DNA from: Macrostomum lignano
Lineage: Eukaryota
Direction of reading: 5' to 3'
Assembly (NCBI GenBank): GCA_002269645.1
Contig: NIVC01001119.1
Coordinates: forward strand, 186,001 to 250,000
Length of the DNA: 64,000 bases
Each line of letters starts with the position of its first letter. The first letter of the stretch is position 1. This document shows positions 26,479 to 38,000 of the stretch, piece by piece. The notes under the pieces are model-generated. The model searched no databases. It saw only the letters and a list, made by a program, of their open reading frames with translations, and was not told the origin of the DNA. The position numbers were made by a program, and so were the translations under genes.

Positions 26479-27065
26479 AATGTTGTCAATTTGTTTGCAA
26501 TTAACTATTGAGATTTTCAGACCGGAAGTGTCAAAATAGCTAATGAGGCTTCCAGACCGGAAGTGTCAAATTAGCTAATGAGGCTTCCAGACCGGAAGTG
26601 TCAAATTAGCTAATTAGGCTTCCAGACCGGAAGTGTCAAAATAGCTAATTAGGCTTCCAGACCGGAAGTGTCAAAATAGCTAATTAGGCTTCCAGACCGG
26701 AAGGGTCAAAATAGCTAATTAGGCTTCCAGACCGGAAGTGTCAAATTAGCTAATCAGCTTCCAGACCGGAAGTTTCAAATTAGCTAATTAATGTTGTCAA
26801 TTTGTTTGCGATTAACTATTGAGATTTTCAGACCGGAAGTGTCAAAATAGCTAATGAGGCTTCCAGACCGGAAGTGTCAAATTAGCTAATGAGGCTTCCA
26901 GACCGGAAGTGTCAAATTAGCTAATTAGGCTTCCAGACCGGAAGTGTCAAAATAGCTAATTAGGCTTCCAGACCGGAAGTGTCAGATTAGCTAATTAAGC
27001 TTCCAGACCGGAAGTGTCAAAATAGCTAATGAGGCTTCCAGACTGGAAGTGTCAAATTAGCTACC
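26479..27065. repeat. 35-bp minisatellite carrying ACCGGAAGTG, about 15 copies in two duplicated blocks
   Basis: Unit TTCCAGACCGGAAGTGTCAAAATAGCTAATGAGGC; the unique lead-in AATGTTGTCAATTTG recurs at 26479 and about 26790. Confidence 0.95.
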
Positions 27066-27469
27066 GAGACTACCAGTAGCTTGTTAAAACATTGCGTGGA
27101 CCTTGATTGTTGCTAATTGATTATTGAACGACGATTTGCCTTTCAGTTTTAATTGGAAAATACTGTCTCACTGTTTGATCAACGCTTTAAAATTGCTTTA
27201 TTTATGTGCCAATAAATCTATATACGACTATTCATGCCAATGAATAGTATTTATTTAATTAATAAATACATATTTTATTTAAAAAAACTTGGTTACTAAT
27301 TTTAATAAGTTAGATTTGGCTTACAGCTTTTTAATTTTTATTGGCAGCAATTAAATTTCACTAGATCCAAATCTAAAGTCTTAGACTTTACATCGTACGC
27401 CTCATCCCAATCCCTTTATTAAACAATTCACCCAAATCCCTACCTCAAACCCTTCACCAGATCCCTAAT

Positions 27470-28165
27470 TCAACCCTTCGCCCAGATCCGTACTTCAAAA
27501 CCTTCACCCAGATCCCTACTTCAAAACCTTCACCCAGATCCCTACTTCAACCCTTTCACCCAGATCCCTACTTTAACACTTTCACCCAGATCCCTACTTC
27601 AACCCTTTCACCCAGATCCCTACTTCAACACTTTCACCCAGATCCCTACTTCAACACTTTCACCCAGATCCCTACTTCAACCCTTTCACCCAGATCCCTA
27701 CTTCAACACTTTCACCCAGATCCCTACTTCAACCCTTTCACCCAGATCCCTACTTCAACACTTTCACCCAGATCCCTACTTCAAAACCTTCACCCAGATC
27801 CCTACTTCAAAACCTTCACCCAGATCCCTACTTCAAAACCTTCATCCAGATCCCTACTTCAACCCTTTCACCCAGATCCCTACTTCAAAACCTTCACCCA
27901 GATCCCTACTTCAAAACCTTCACCCAGATCCCTACTTCAACCCTTTCACCCAAATCCCTACTTCAAAACCTTCACCCAGATCCCTACTTCAAAACCTTCA
28001 CCCAGATCCCTACTTCAACCCTTTCACCCAAATCCCTACTTCAAAGCCTTCACCCAGATCCCTACTTCAAAACCTTCACCCAGATCCCTACTTCAACCCT
28101 TTCATCCAAATCCCTACTTCAAAACCTTCACCCAGATCCCTACTTCAACCATTTACCCAGATCCC
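27470..28165. repeat. 26-bp minisatellite (CCCAGATCCCTACTTCAAAACCTTCA)
   Basis: About 26 tandem copies; a related degenerate array lies at 33860-34420. Confidence 0.95.
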
Positions 28166-28909
28166 TACTTCAACCATAAAAATTCTGCTATGGACCATAG
28201 ACATCAAATCATTTTTTTAAAATTGTCTTAACGTTCTTAACGTTCTCGGCTTCGCCTCGTTCAATAAACAAGTCACTCAAGCATTTATTGCCCTAGCACT
28301 GGTTTAAATGGGGAATAAATACCATATATGTACCTTAGGCAGCGGCTATTATTTCAGCGACTATCGTTTCTAGCTGTCTCAGCTAGTCAGCGGATGAGAC
28401 AACACTGACCATAGATGGCTATGGAGGAAAAGTATGAAATCAGTCATTCCCCGTTTAAAAAATAGGAATACGTGTGTTCCTCACCATCTCAACATACTTT
28501 AGCTTAACTATTAACTCTTAACAGAATTCAGCTTGCTCCCCTTAGCAGATTCAAAACTCAGCACCAAAGCATAGGCCACAGACGAAAAGTCCAAAGTCTA
28601 TTACAGAGATAGGAAAAACAGGTTTTTGGACATTTTCACCCATTTCTTAAGGTGGCACCCTATTTTTTATTAGCCTAAAACATATTCTGGAAAATTTCTC
28701 GTCTATTAGTCCAAGTCCCATCTTTCTACGACTTACCGTTTAAGAGGAAATGCCGCACAAACAAACATACGCCACGGTCTCAGCTTTAGTATTTAGATAT
28801 TACATGTGCAAACAACACGTGAGTTTTAGTATTAGGATAGATAGATCAGTAGAACATACAGCAGTTTTTTCTTTCCCCTTTTATGCTCTGAATCGTCCAT
28901 TAACTTAGA

Positions 28910-29191
28910 ATGTCGGCCCAGTCGCCAGCCTCAATGTCGCTAATGGAACAGGAGCTGAATCGGGCTCAGATTCGAGAGATTTTCACCTCGTTTAATCGAT
29001 CGCATCAGCGCTGCTTCACCGATTGCGTTAACAAATTCGACAGGCGAAGCGTTAGCGATTCGGAGAAGAATTGCGTAGCAAACTGCGTGGCCAAGTATAT
29101 GAATACTACTCAGAGAATTTCTATGCGATTCCAGGAGCACCAGGCCATGATCACGGGCGGCGGGGCTGTTGCTCAAGGCCAGGGAAAATAG
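28910..29191 (+). CDS. TIMM9: Mitochondrial intermembrane-space small Tim chaperone Tim9
   Basis: Twin CX3C motif (CFTDC...CVANC) followed by KYMNTTQRISMRFQEHQ, typical of Tim9. Confidence 0.85.
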   Translation: MSAQSPASMSLMEQELNRAQIREIFTSFNRSHQRCFTDCVNKFDRRSVSDSEKNCVANCVAKYMNTTQRISMRFQEHQAMITGGGAVAQGQGK

Positions 29192-29505
29192 ACTGCTTTG
29201 CGAATGTTTTTTATAGTCTGGTTGGCATTTTAAGCATCCTAGTAAAGTACATAATTTAATAATTGTCAACAACTATTGTCTGTTTTGTCCGCAACAAAAA
29301 GTGCAATTTTGTCTTTCTTTCTTTCAGATTCCAGCTTGCAGACTAGTAAAACAGTAGGATAGGATCACTGGAGGTTGGTTTTTTAGTTGCAAATAGATTT
29401 GCGAGATATGAAGTTTTCTGGGTTTTAGCACTGTATCGACAGAATACCATCTTCTGAATTTTTGAATTGCAAATGAAACGAATTGATTAAGGAGTAAATT
29501 TTTAA

Positions 29506-30064
29506 CAGGCCTTAGCAATCCATGGCTCCGGGCCAGATGAGAGAGGAAAGGAGAGGGAACAAAGAGAGAAAAGAGAAGATAAAAGATGAGAAGATAAAAT
29601 TTTTGCACTTACTTTCATATACGGCAATCTTTTTAGCGGTTGTGAAGTTTCGCGGTTGTGAAAGTAGGTGATTTAGCGGTTGTGAAGCTTCGCGGTTGTG
29701 AAAGTAGGTGATTTAGCGGTTGTGAAGTTTCGCGGTTGTGAAAGTAGGTGATTTAGCGGTTATGAAAGTAGGTGATTTAGCGGTTGTGAAATTTCGCGTT
29801 TGTGAAAGCAATCCGTCTTGCTCAAGGACACAAATTGTTCTTATTAGCATCGGGAATAGAACCCCGTACCTTCAAGTCGTGCGTCCGACGCTCTGACCAC
29901 TAGGCTATTGTAAAACCCCTTTAGAAGATTGAAAGAGTTGAAAGGAGAGAGGAGGTAAGACAGCTGAAAAGAGACCTTGAGCGGGCCGGATCGCCATTGT
30001 GAGTTTCAAAGGACCCCAAGACCGGATAGAAGCTTCGCGAGCCGGAGTTTGCCGACCAACTCCT
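29506..30064 (+). mobile_element. Degenerate copy of the GA-tract hAT MITE family, interrupted by a SINE
   Basis: CATGGCTCCGGGCCAGA left part and ACCTTGAGCGGGCCGGAT...GTTTGCCGACC right part match 24767-25856; no TSD seen. Confidence 0.6.
29620..29910 (-). mobile_element. tRNA-derived SINE with tandem-repeat tail
   Basis: Minus strand shows A box TAGCCTAGTGG, B box GGTTCTATTCC, then GTGTCCTTGAGCAAGAC (a core motif seen in V/Meta-type SINEs), then about 40-bp tandem repeats. Confidence 0.65.
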
Positions 30065-30402
30065 GGACTAGCAAAGGCACACTTGAGCACAAGCACAACA
30101 AAAATTTCCATCAGAACGTCTTTTGCCTGATTGCTCGCCTCCATGGCTAGAAAAAAATAGTTTGATTAACTTGCGAAAGACACTTTGGTATTTTGCTCCA
30201 TATAAAATTCGGAACCTCAGAAGGTGAAGTTTTGTCTGTATTTTGTGGCGATAACCAGCCTCCAGTGAAATTTGAGTGCAGAGTCCTGCTTTGATTATCC
30301 ATGGTCAAAAGTCAGTTGCGTATCTGAGATGAAATTTCATCGACAGCTCCAAAAGTGGAAAAAAAGTCCAACTTTTAAATATTTGTAATATAAATTCTTC
30401 AG

Positions 30403-31578
30403 GAAAGCCAACCGTCTGCTGTAACAGTGGCAGCAACAGCGCCACAGTGCGTCGCAGCTGAAGCTTCACATTCATCTGAGAGCCAAGTTGAAGTTAACAA
30501 ACTAGTTGAACTAACAGATTGCAATCTTAACTTAGAAGCAAGCCAGGGTCGAAGTCAGCAAGCTAATAAACAACGATTTAAACAAGCGCGAGCGCCTCCG
30601 CCTGCAAAACAACAAGCTGAGGCATGCCAGTCATTGAATTTCCGTAATCCAGTAACCGCACGTTATCCAAACACGGATCAGTTGTGGCACAGAGTTGGAG
30701 AATTATCCCTATTCGATTGGTCAGTGTCCGGCAACGAGACTTGCATAGTAGTTCGCGGTCGAGGCTTCTGCATCGCTCTAGACGTTGGCGCCTGCCCGCC
30801 GCAGGCTGTGGACGCCGATCACGTGTTTATTAGTCACGGTCACGTTGATCATTGCGGCGCATTGCACATGCATATTAGAAAGCGTCAGTTGCTTAGACTG
30901 CCACCGGCTGTCTACTACATGCCCGAATGTCTAATAAATTCAATGCAATCTACATTGGCTGCATTTGTTACCATGCAAGGTGACAGCGACTATGCGGAAA
31001 TGGTGTCCAACTCTAGACTTGTCGGTTTGAAAGTTGGCGATCGAGTTCCAATTAGTAATGACAATAATCAGCCTGCCGATGCAGCCAGTCTGACCTTGAG
31101 CGTATTCGCTACTGATCATCGGGTGCCCAGTTTGGGCTGCATATTGCGCCGTAGACACATCGTTTTGCTGCCTGAATGTCGTCGACTGAGCCAGGATGAG
31201 CTGCGAGCACGGGTTGCTCAGGGCCTGCCAGTGCGCGGTCCCGAGTGGGAGCCGTTGCTAGGCTACACTGGAGACACCAGATTCAATGTATTCTTAACGC
31301 CGCAAGATCCGGACTTGTTGCGCGTTAGATTGCTCATTTCCGAGTTGACATTTTTGAGTGGTTCGATTGAACGCGCAGATAGTTTTGGACATTGTCACGT
31401 TGATCAATTTGCGCAGCATTGGAGACTGTTTGGCGCTGTGAATCGGCTTGTGTTTGTGCACTTTAGCAATAAGGTTTTGCCGGAAGAGATTCTTGAGCGG
31501 GTGTACTCAACTTTGCCTCAACAGCTGGGTCGCAGAGTCTACTGCGGACTGATTGCCAAGAGATTGCTGTATTCATGA
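30403..31578 (+). CDS. TM-type short-form tRNase Z (metallo-beta-lactamase fold), paralogue 1; 5' end at an in-frame acceptor
   Basis: WSVSGNET (EGxSxxG-like), SHGHVDH, TDHRVPSLG, GYTGDT, SELT, GHCH and VHFS motifs. The first genomic in-frame ATG lies downstream of HxHxDH. Confidence 0.8.
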   Translation, partial: ESQPSAVTVAATAPQCVAAEASHSSESQVEVNKLVELTDCNLNLEASQGRSQQANKQRFKQARAPPPAKQQAEACQSLNFRNPVTARYPNTDQLWHRVGELSLFDWSVSGNETCIVVRGRGFCIALDVGACPPQAVDADHVFISHGHVDHCGALHMHIRKRQLLRLPPAVYYMPECLINSMQSTLAAFVTMQGDSDYAEMVSNSRLVGLKVGDRVPISNDNNQPADAASLTLSVFATDHRVPSLGCILRRRHIVLLPECRRLSQDELRARVAQGLPVRGPEWEPLLGYTGDTRFNVFLTPQDPDLLRVRLLISELTFLSGSIERADSFGHCHVDQFAQHWRLFGAVNRLVFVHFSNKVLPEEILERVYSTLPQQLGRRVYCGLIAKRLLYS

Positions 31579-31878
31579 GCCATGGACTACAAAATGAAAG
31601 AGAAACTTTCCAAACAGAGCTTGTTATCCTTAAGTAATTTGCTTGTACACAAGCTTGGTAACTATATGTGCAATAGACAGACTGATATGTACCGAAACAA
31701 ATCTGATATAGCTGAATATGAGCAACCATTCTCAACCATCCGATTTATCGTGGCTTTGAGGCAAGCATAGAAATCGAACACCAAAATGGTGTACACTTCT
31801 TCTCTGAGATAAAAAGACTGTAAAGGATTGCTCATCTGCAAAATGACTGCGGTTAAAGGGTCCTCAAAAATTGAGAAC

Positions 31879-31992
31879 ATGCTTGGGCGCAACCTAGGGA
31901 TTCACCCGGCCGTTTCTATTATCAACACACACATGTAAGTCGCTATTGGACAGAATAGTAGTCACGTGATTCCCAAGGTTGCGCATGTATGA
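31879..31992 (+). mobile_element. Intermediate-length copy of the hairpin-type interspersed element
   Basis: Same termini as 10987-11060; internal sequence matches part of 22259-22432. Confidence 0.75.
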
Positions 31993-32920
31993 ATTTGAGA
32001 AACTACTCGTATATTGGTTGCTGAAGTTTTTAAAATACTTCTACCCGTGAATATTATTGGTTGATGCAGGGAAATCCGTTGCTCACGAATTTAATCTCTC
32101 ATTCAACTGAGAGAAGTAAACTCGGTCGTTTGAGACACAGACAAGTAACTTTATAGCCTCGCAGATAATCTTCACGACCAAAGGCAACTTTTGGGAGGAC
32201 TCCAGGCTTTGCCATGCTTCAAGGCTTTAAGATTAAGTATTAAAAAAACACGAAACAAACAATGAAACTTAGTCTATGTTAGAAAGCTCCCTTGACTAAT
32301 ACTTTACATATGGTGGGAATGATTAATACTATTTATTAACTTAAAATATAAAAGGAAATGTCCCAAATTTTGAGGATTTTCGACCACAGAGACATTTCGT
32401 GGACCGAGCAGTCCATCACGTTTCGTTATCTATGCCAGACTAATTTTGCTCAGTCTGATTTGGATTTAATTAAGTGCTGTATGGACTGCTTGGGGTTGGT
32501 TGCCTTTTAACTGAAAAAATTTATGGTTGTATATGAGTGTGTTCTTAGACGAATAAAACGAAGACGAATAATAAAACAATGCCATGCATTTCAGCGTATT
32601 GGCTCTTGTATTTCTTTTGTTTTTGTTTACGTATTTTAGTTCTTACTAGGTATTTTACTTGTAGTAAAAATCTTTTGTGTATAGTACTGACTCAGTAGCT
32701 AGTGTGGTTCGCTTAATATAAAAACTCCCTTAGAATAACAAAATAGCTTCTACCTAGGAATTCCGTGTGACAGTGACAGTAGCTCAAAAAGATATTCTTA
32801 GAGATATTTTTGAATCCTGAATTTTGCACAGCAATTTTGACGCTTAGAAAAACCAGTAGCTCAAAAAGATACTCACGCTACATATCGGCTGGTTTGCCAT
32901 GATTTTTGTCCCTATTCCAG

Positions 32921-33793
32921 TGTCTGTCAGTGCCCGATCCCCTCCTGCCCCTGCCGGCATGGATGGCTGGCCTGTTTGCCCTGCTAATCGCTGTTGGCTT
33001 TGTGCTCAGCCTGTACCTGTGGGAGCTCGGCTCGGCCAATGCTCGAGCTGGGGTTGATCGCGACAATCCTAAAGTGATTATTCGCAGGTTTCTCGGCGTC
33101 TCAGCGGTTAGTTTAAGCGTGCTAATCTGCTATAGGTACTTTCTGATGAAGCCGACAGCTGCCAGCTGGTCAGATGTGCTCCAGCTGATCGGTCTGAGAT
33201 GGTCCGGAATGCTGCCAGCTGTTGGAGCATCCTTGTTGCTAACCGCTATTCTGTTCACTGGCCCGATTCTGCTAGCCTGGGAGACTGGCGACGGATTCTT
33301 TGATAGGGAACCGCTGCTGAGTTTGAGATGCTGCCGCACTTTAGTGTTGGCTCCGGTCACTGAGGAGCTGTGCTTTCGCGCCCTGATGCTGCCGGTGCTG
33401 TGCGTTCATCTCTCTTGCACTCGGGCGGCCTTCCTGTCGCCGCTGTTCTTCGGCTTGGCGCATTTTCATCATTTGATTAACCGGCTACAGCGCGGCTATC
33501 CGCTTGTGCCCAGCCTGATTCAGGCAACGTTTCAATTCTCCTACACTTACATATTCGGCGTGTATTCGGCCTACTTGTATTTGAGAACTGGCCAGTTAGC
33601 TGCCGCCTGCGCCGCGCATTCCTTCTGCAATCTGATGGGTTTCCCTGATTTTGAGGCGCTGGCCAATCTGCGAGGAATTAAGCTGGCGGTGCACGGCGGC
33701 GCCTTTGTTTTGGGCTTGGTTGGTTGGCTGGCCCTGCTGGGGCGGCTGACCGAACCAGCGATGTTTGCTTCGCAGTGCGACTGCTTCTGGTAG
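32921..33793 (+). CDS. RCE1: CAAX prenyl protease 2 (CPBP family)
   Basis: EELCFR, FGLAHFHH and HSFCNLMGFP catalytic motifs plus multiple TM helices. Start is either the in-frame acceptor at 32920 or the ATG at 32963. Confidence 0.92.
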   Translation, partial: CLSVPDPLLPLPAWMAGLFALLIAVGFVLSLYLWELGSANARAGVDRDNPKVIIRRFLGVSAVSLSVLICYRYFLMKPTAASWSDVLQLIGLRWSGMLPAVGASLLLTAILFTGPILLAWETGDGFFDREPLLSLRCCRTLVLAPVTEELCFRALMLPVLCVHLSCTRAAFLSPLFFGLAHFHHLINRLQRGYPLVPSLIQATFQFSYTYIFGVYSAYLYLRTGQLAAACAAHSFCNLMGFPDFEALANLRGIKLAVHGGAFVLGLVGWLALLGRLTEPAMFASQCDCFW

Positions 33794-33859
33794 CGAGTTG
33801 TTTGATCCATCTATTAACTGTTGTTGCGAGTTTACTTGCTTTTTATATACATCTAACCC

Positions 33860-34420
33860 TTCGAAAATCCCTGCAATAAACCCCTCACACAGATCCCTAC
33901 ATCAAACCCTTCACAAATCCCTACATTAAGCCCTTCACACAGATCCCTGCACCAAACCCTTCACAAAGACACCTACATTAAACCATTCACAGATCCCTAC
34001 ATTAAACCCTTCACACAGATCCCTGCACCAAACCCTTTACAAAGACACCTACATTAAACCATTCACAAATCCCTACATTAAACCCCTCACACTGATCCCT
34101 ACACCTAACCCTTCACATGAATCCTACATCTAACCTTCACACAGTTCCCTACATCTAACCCTTCATATGGATCATACGTCTAATCCTTCACACAGATCCC
34201 TATATCTATCTAACCCTTCACACAGTTCTCTTCATCAACCCTTCACACGGTTCCCTACATCTAACCCTTCACTTGGATCTTACATCTAACCCTCCACACA
34301 GATCCCTGCATCTAACCCTTCACACGTCCCTAAATCTAATTCTTTACACAGATTCCTACATTAAACCCTTCACACATTCCTACATTATTCTTACCCTTCA
34401 CAAGAGGTCCCTGCACAAAA
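33860..34420. repeat. Degenerate 25-26-bp minisatellite (CCCTTCACACAGATCCCTACATCTAA)
   Basis: Shares the CAGATCCCTAC core with 27470-28165. Confidence 0.85.
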
Positions 34421-35021
34421 CCAGTCAGCCAGTTTAAGCCTAAAATCCCCAACTTCAATAAAATATTTGTGAATCTTTATTTTTGCGTCCTAAAAATGGT
34501 GTGGCTTTACTTGTTAGTAACTTTTCAAATATAAATTTGTTAGTTGTTTCTGCAAGAACATTTGCACTCTTCTATCAGCTAAGGTTTATGTTTACTCTTG
34601 TAAGTTTTGTTACATTGTTTATACATGTACGTTAAGCATTGAGAGTTTTCTACTCAACGAATCAGTCAATCAATCGATATTTATTCAAATTTGCTGAAAA
34701 AGTTAAACTGAATTTAATCTGTTGGCAGTCATTTTTCCTGATTTTTAATTCATACTTTTGTAAGTTTTTATTTTCAATTTCTCATTTATGCGACTTTGGT
34801 TATTATTCTTAACAGTGAGGCAAAGAGATTACTTTTTTCAATAAATGTATTACGGACGGAATTACTGGCTACTTTCCTACTTGACAAGCTGGTTTATCTT
34901 GCTACTTAATTATATTTAGTTTTACCAGACTTATTCTTATTTTCCTGATTGCTCCAGGTGCTTAAACCATTGTTGTAGGAATGTAAAGGTAGTTATTTGT
35001 TTATTAGATTTTAAGGCCGTT

Positions 35022-38000
35022 GCAGTAATCAGGGATTGTGTCGGGGTTGCAGTGTTGCAGTAATCAGGGATTGTGTCGGGGTTGCAGTGTTGCAGTAATC
35101 AGGGATTGTGTCGGGGTTGCAGTGTTGCAATAATCAGGGATTGTGTCGGGGTTGCAGTGTTGCAGTAATCAGGGATTGTGTCGGGGTTGCAGTGTTGCAG
35201 TAATCAGGGATTGTGTCGGGGTTGCAGTGTTGCAGTAATCAGGGATTGTGTCGGGGTTGCAGTGTTGCAGTAATCAGGGATTGTGTCGGGGTTGCAGTGT
35301 TGCAGTAATCAGGGATTGTAGCAGGGTTGCAGTGTTGCAGTAATCAGGGATTGTGTCGGGGTTGCAGTGTTGCAATAATCAGGGATTGTGTCGGGGTTGC
35401 AGTGTTGCAGTAATCAGGGATTGTGTCGGGGTTGCAGTGTTGCAATAATCAGGGATTGTAGCGGGGTTGCAGTGTTGCAGTAATCAGGGACTGTAGCAGG
35501 GTTGCAGTGTTGCAATAATCAGGGACTGTAGCAGGGTTGCAGTGTTGCAATAATCAGGGATTGTGTCGGGGTTGCAGTGTTGCAGTAATCAGGGATTGTG
35601 TCGGGGTTGCAGTGTTGCAATAATCAGGGATTGTGTCGGGGTTGCAGTGTTGCAGTAATCAGGGATTGTAGCAGGGTTGCAGTGTTGCAGTAATCAGGGA
35701 TTGTAGCAGGGTTGCAGTGTTGCAGTAATCAGGGATTGTGTCGGGGTTGCAGTGTTGCAGTAATCAGGGATTGTGTCGGGGTTGCAGTGTTGCAATAATC
35801 AGGGATTGTGTCGGGGTTGCAGTGTTGCAATAATCAGGGATTGTGTCGGGGTTGCAGTGTTGCAGTAATCAGGGATTGTGTCGGGGTTGCAGTGTTGCAA
35901 TAATCAGGGATTGTGTCGGGGTTGCAGTGTTGCAGTAATCAGGGACTGTAGCAGGGTTGCAGTGTTGCAATAATCAGGGACTGTAGCAGGGTTGCAGTGT
36001 TGCAATAATCAGGGATTGTGTCGGGGTTGCAGTGTTGCAGTAATCAGGGATTGTGTCGGGGTTGCAGTGTTGCAGTAATCAGGGATTGTGTCGGGGTTGC
36101 AGTGTTGCAATAATCAGGGATTGTGTCGGGGTTGCAGTGTTGCAATAATCAGGGATTGTGTCGGGGTTGCAGTGTTGCAGTAATCAGGGATTGTGTCGGG
36201 GTTGCAGTGTTGCAATAATCAGGGATTGTAGCGGGGTTGCAGTGTTGCAGTAATCAGGGACTGTAGCAGGGTTGCAGTGTTGCAATAATCAGGGACTGTA
36301 GCAGGGTTGCAGTGTTGCAATAATCAGGGATTGTGTCGGGGTTGCAGTGTTGCAGTAATCAGGGATTGTGTCGGGGTTGCAGTGTTGCAGTAATCAGGGA
36401 TTGTGTCGGGGTTGCAGTGTTGCAGTAATCAGGGATTGTAGCAGGGTTGCAGTGTTGCAGTAATCAGGGATTGTGTCGGGGTTGCAGTGTTGCAGTAATC
36501 AGGGATTGTGTCGGGGTTGCAGTGTTGCAATAATCAGGGATTGTGTCGGGGTTGCAGTGTTGCAGTAATCAGGGATTGTGTCGGGGTTGCAGTGTTGCAA
36601 TAATCAGGGATTGTAGCGGGGTTGCAGTGTTGCAGTAATCAGGGACTGTAGCAGGGTTGCAGTGTTGCAATAATCAGGGACTGTAGCAGGGTTGCAGTGT
36701 TGCAATAATCAGGGATTGTGTCGGGGTTGCAGTGTTGCAGTAATCAGGGATTGTGTCGGGGTTGCAGTGTTGCAATAATCAGGGATTGTGTCGGGGTTGC
36801 AGTGTTGCAGTAATCAGGGATTGTAGCAGGGTTGCAGTGTTGCAGTAATCAGGGATTGTAGCAGGGTTGCAGTGTTGCAGTAATCAGGGATTGTGTCGGG
36901 GTTGCAGTGTTGCAGTAATCAGGGATTGTGTCGGGGTTGCAGTGTTGCAATAATCAGGGATTGTGTCGGGGTTGCAGTGTTGCAATAATCAGGGATTGTG
37001 TCGGGGTTGCAGTGTTGCAGTAATCAGGGATTGTGTCGGGGTTGCAGTGTTGCAATAATCAGGGATTGTGTCGGGGTTGCAGTGTTGCAGTAATCAGGGA
37101 CTGTAGCAGGGTTGCAGTGTTGCAATAATCAGGGACTGTAGCAGGGTTGCAGTGTTGCAATAATCAGGGATTGTGTCGGGGTTGCAGTGTTGCAGTAATC
37201 AGGGATTGTGTCGGGTTGCAGTGTTGCAGTAATCAGGGATTGTGTCGGGGTTGCAGTGTTGCAATAATCAGGGATTGTGTCGGGGTTGCAGTGTTGCAAT
37301 AATCAGGGATTGTGTCGGGGTTGCAGTGTTGCAGTAATCAGGGATTGTGTCGGGGTTGCAGTGTTGCAATAATCAGGGATTGTAGCGGGGTTGCAGTGTT
37401 GCAGTAATCAGGGACTGTAGCAGGGTTGCAGTGTTGCAATAATCAGGGACTGTAGCAGGGTTGCAGTGTTGCAATAATCAGGGATTGTGTCGGGGTTGCA
37501 GTGTTGCAGTAATCAGGGATTGTGTCGGGGTTGCAGTGTTGCAGTAATCAGGGATTGTGTCGGGGTTGCAGTGTTGCAGTAATCAGGGATTGTAGCAGGG
37601 TTGCAGTGTTGCAGTAATCAGGGATTGTAGCAGGGTTGCAGTGTTGCAGTAATCAGGGATTGTGTCGGGGTTGCAGTGTTGCAATAATCAGGGATTGTGT
37701 CGGGGTTGCAGTGTTGCAGTAATCAGGGATTGTGTCGGGGTTGCAGTGTTGCAGTAATCAGGGATTGTGTCGGGGTTGCAGTGTTGCAGTAATCAGGGAT
37801 TGTGTCGGGGTTGCAGTGTTGCAGTAATCAGGGACTGTAGCAGGGTTGCAGTGTTGCAATAATCAGGGACTGTAGCAGGGTTGCAGTGTTGCAGTAATCA
37901 GGGACTGTAGCAGGGTTGCAGTGTTGCAATAATCAGGGATTGTGTCGGGGTTGCAGTGTTGCAGTAATCAGGGATTGTGTCGGGGTTGCAGTGTTGCAGT

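Noticed and set aside
28290-28800. Possible Helitron-like non-autonomous element (TCTAAATACTAAA...GTTTGTTTGT on minus; similar start near 13590)
   Set aside because: Could not define the 3' hairpin/CTRR end or a second full copy with confidence.
32921-33793. RCE1 (CPBP/Abi family) between MBL nucleases as a bacterial-style defence island
   Set aside because: The protein has eukaryotic RCE1 motifs and sits among spliced animal housekeeping genes; nothing suggests a prokaryotic origin for the block.
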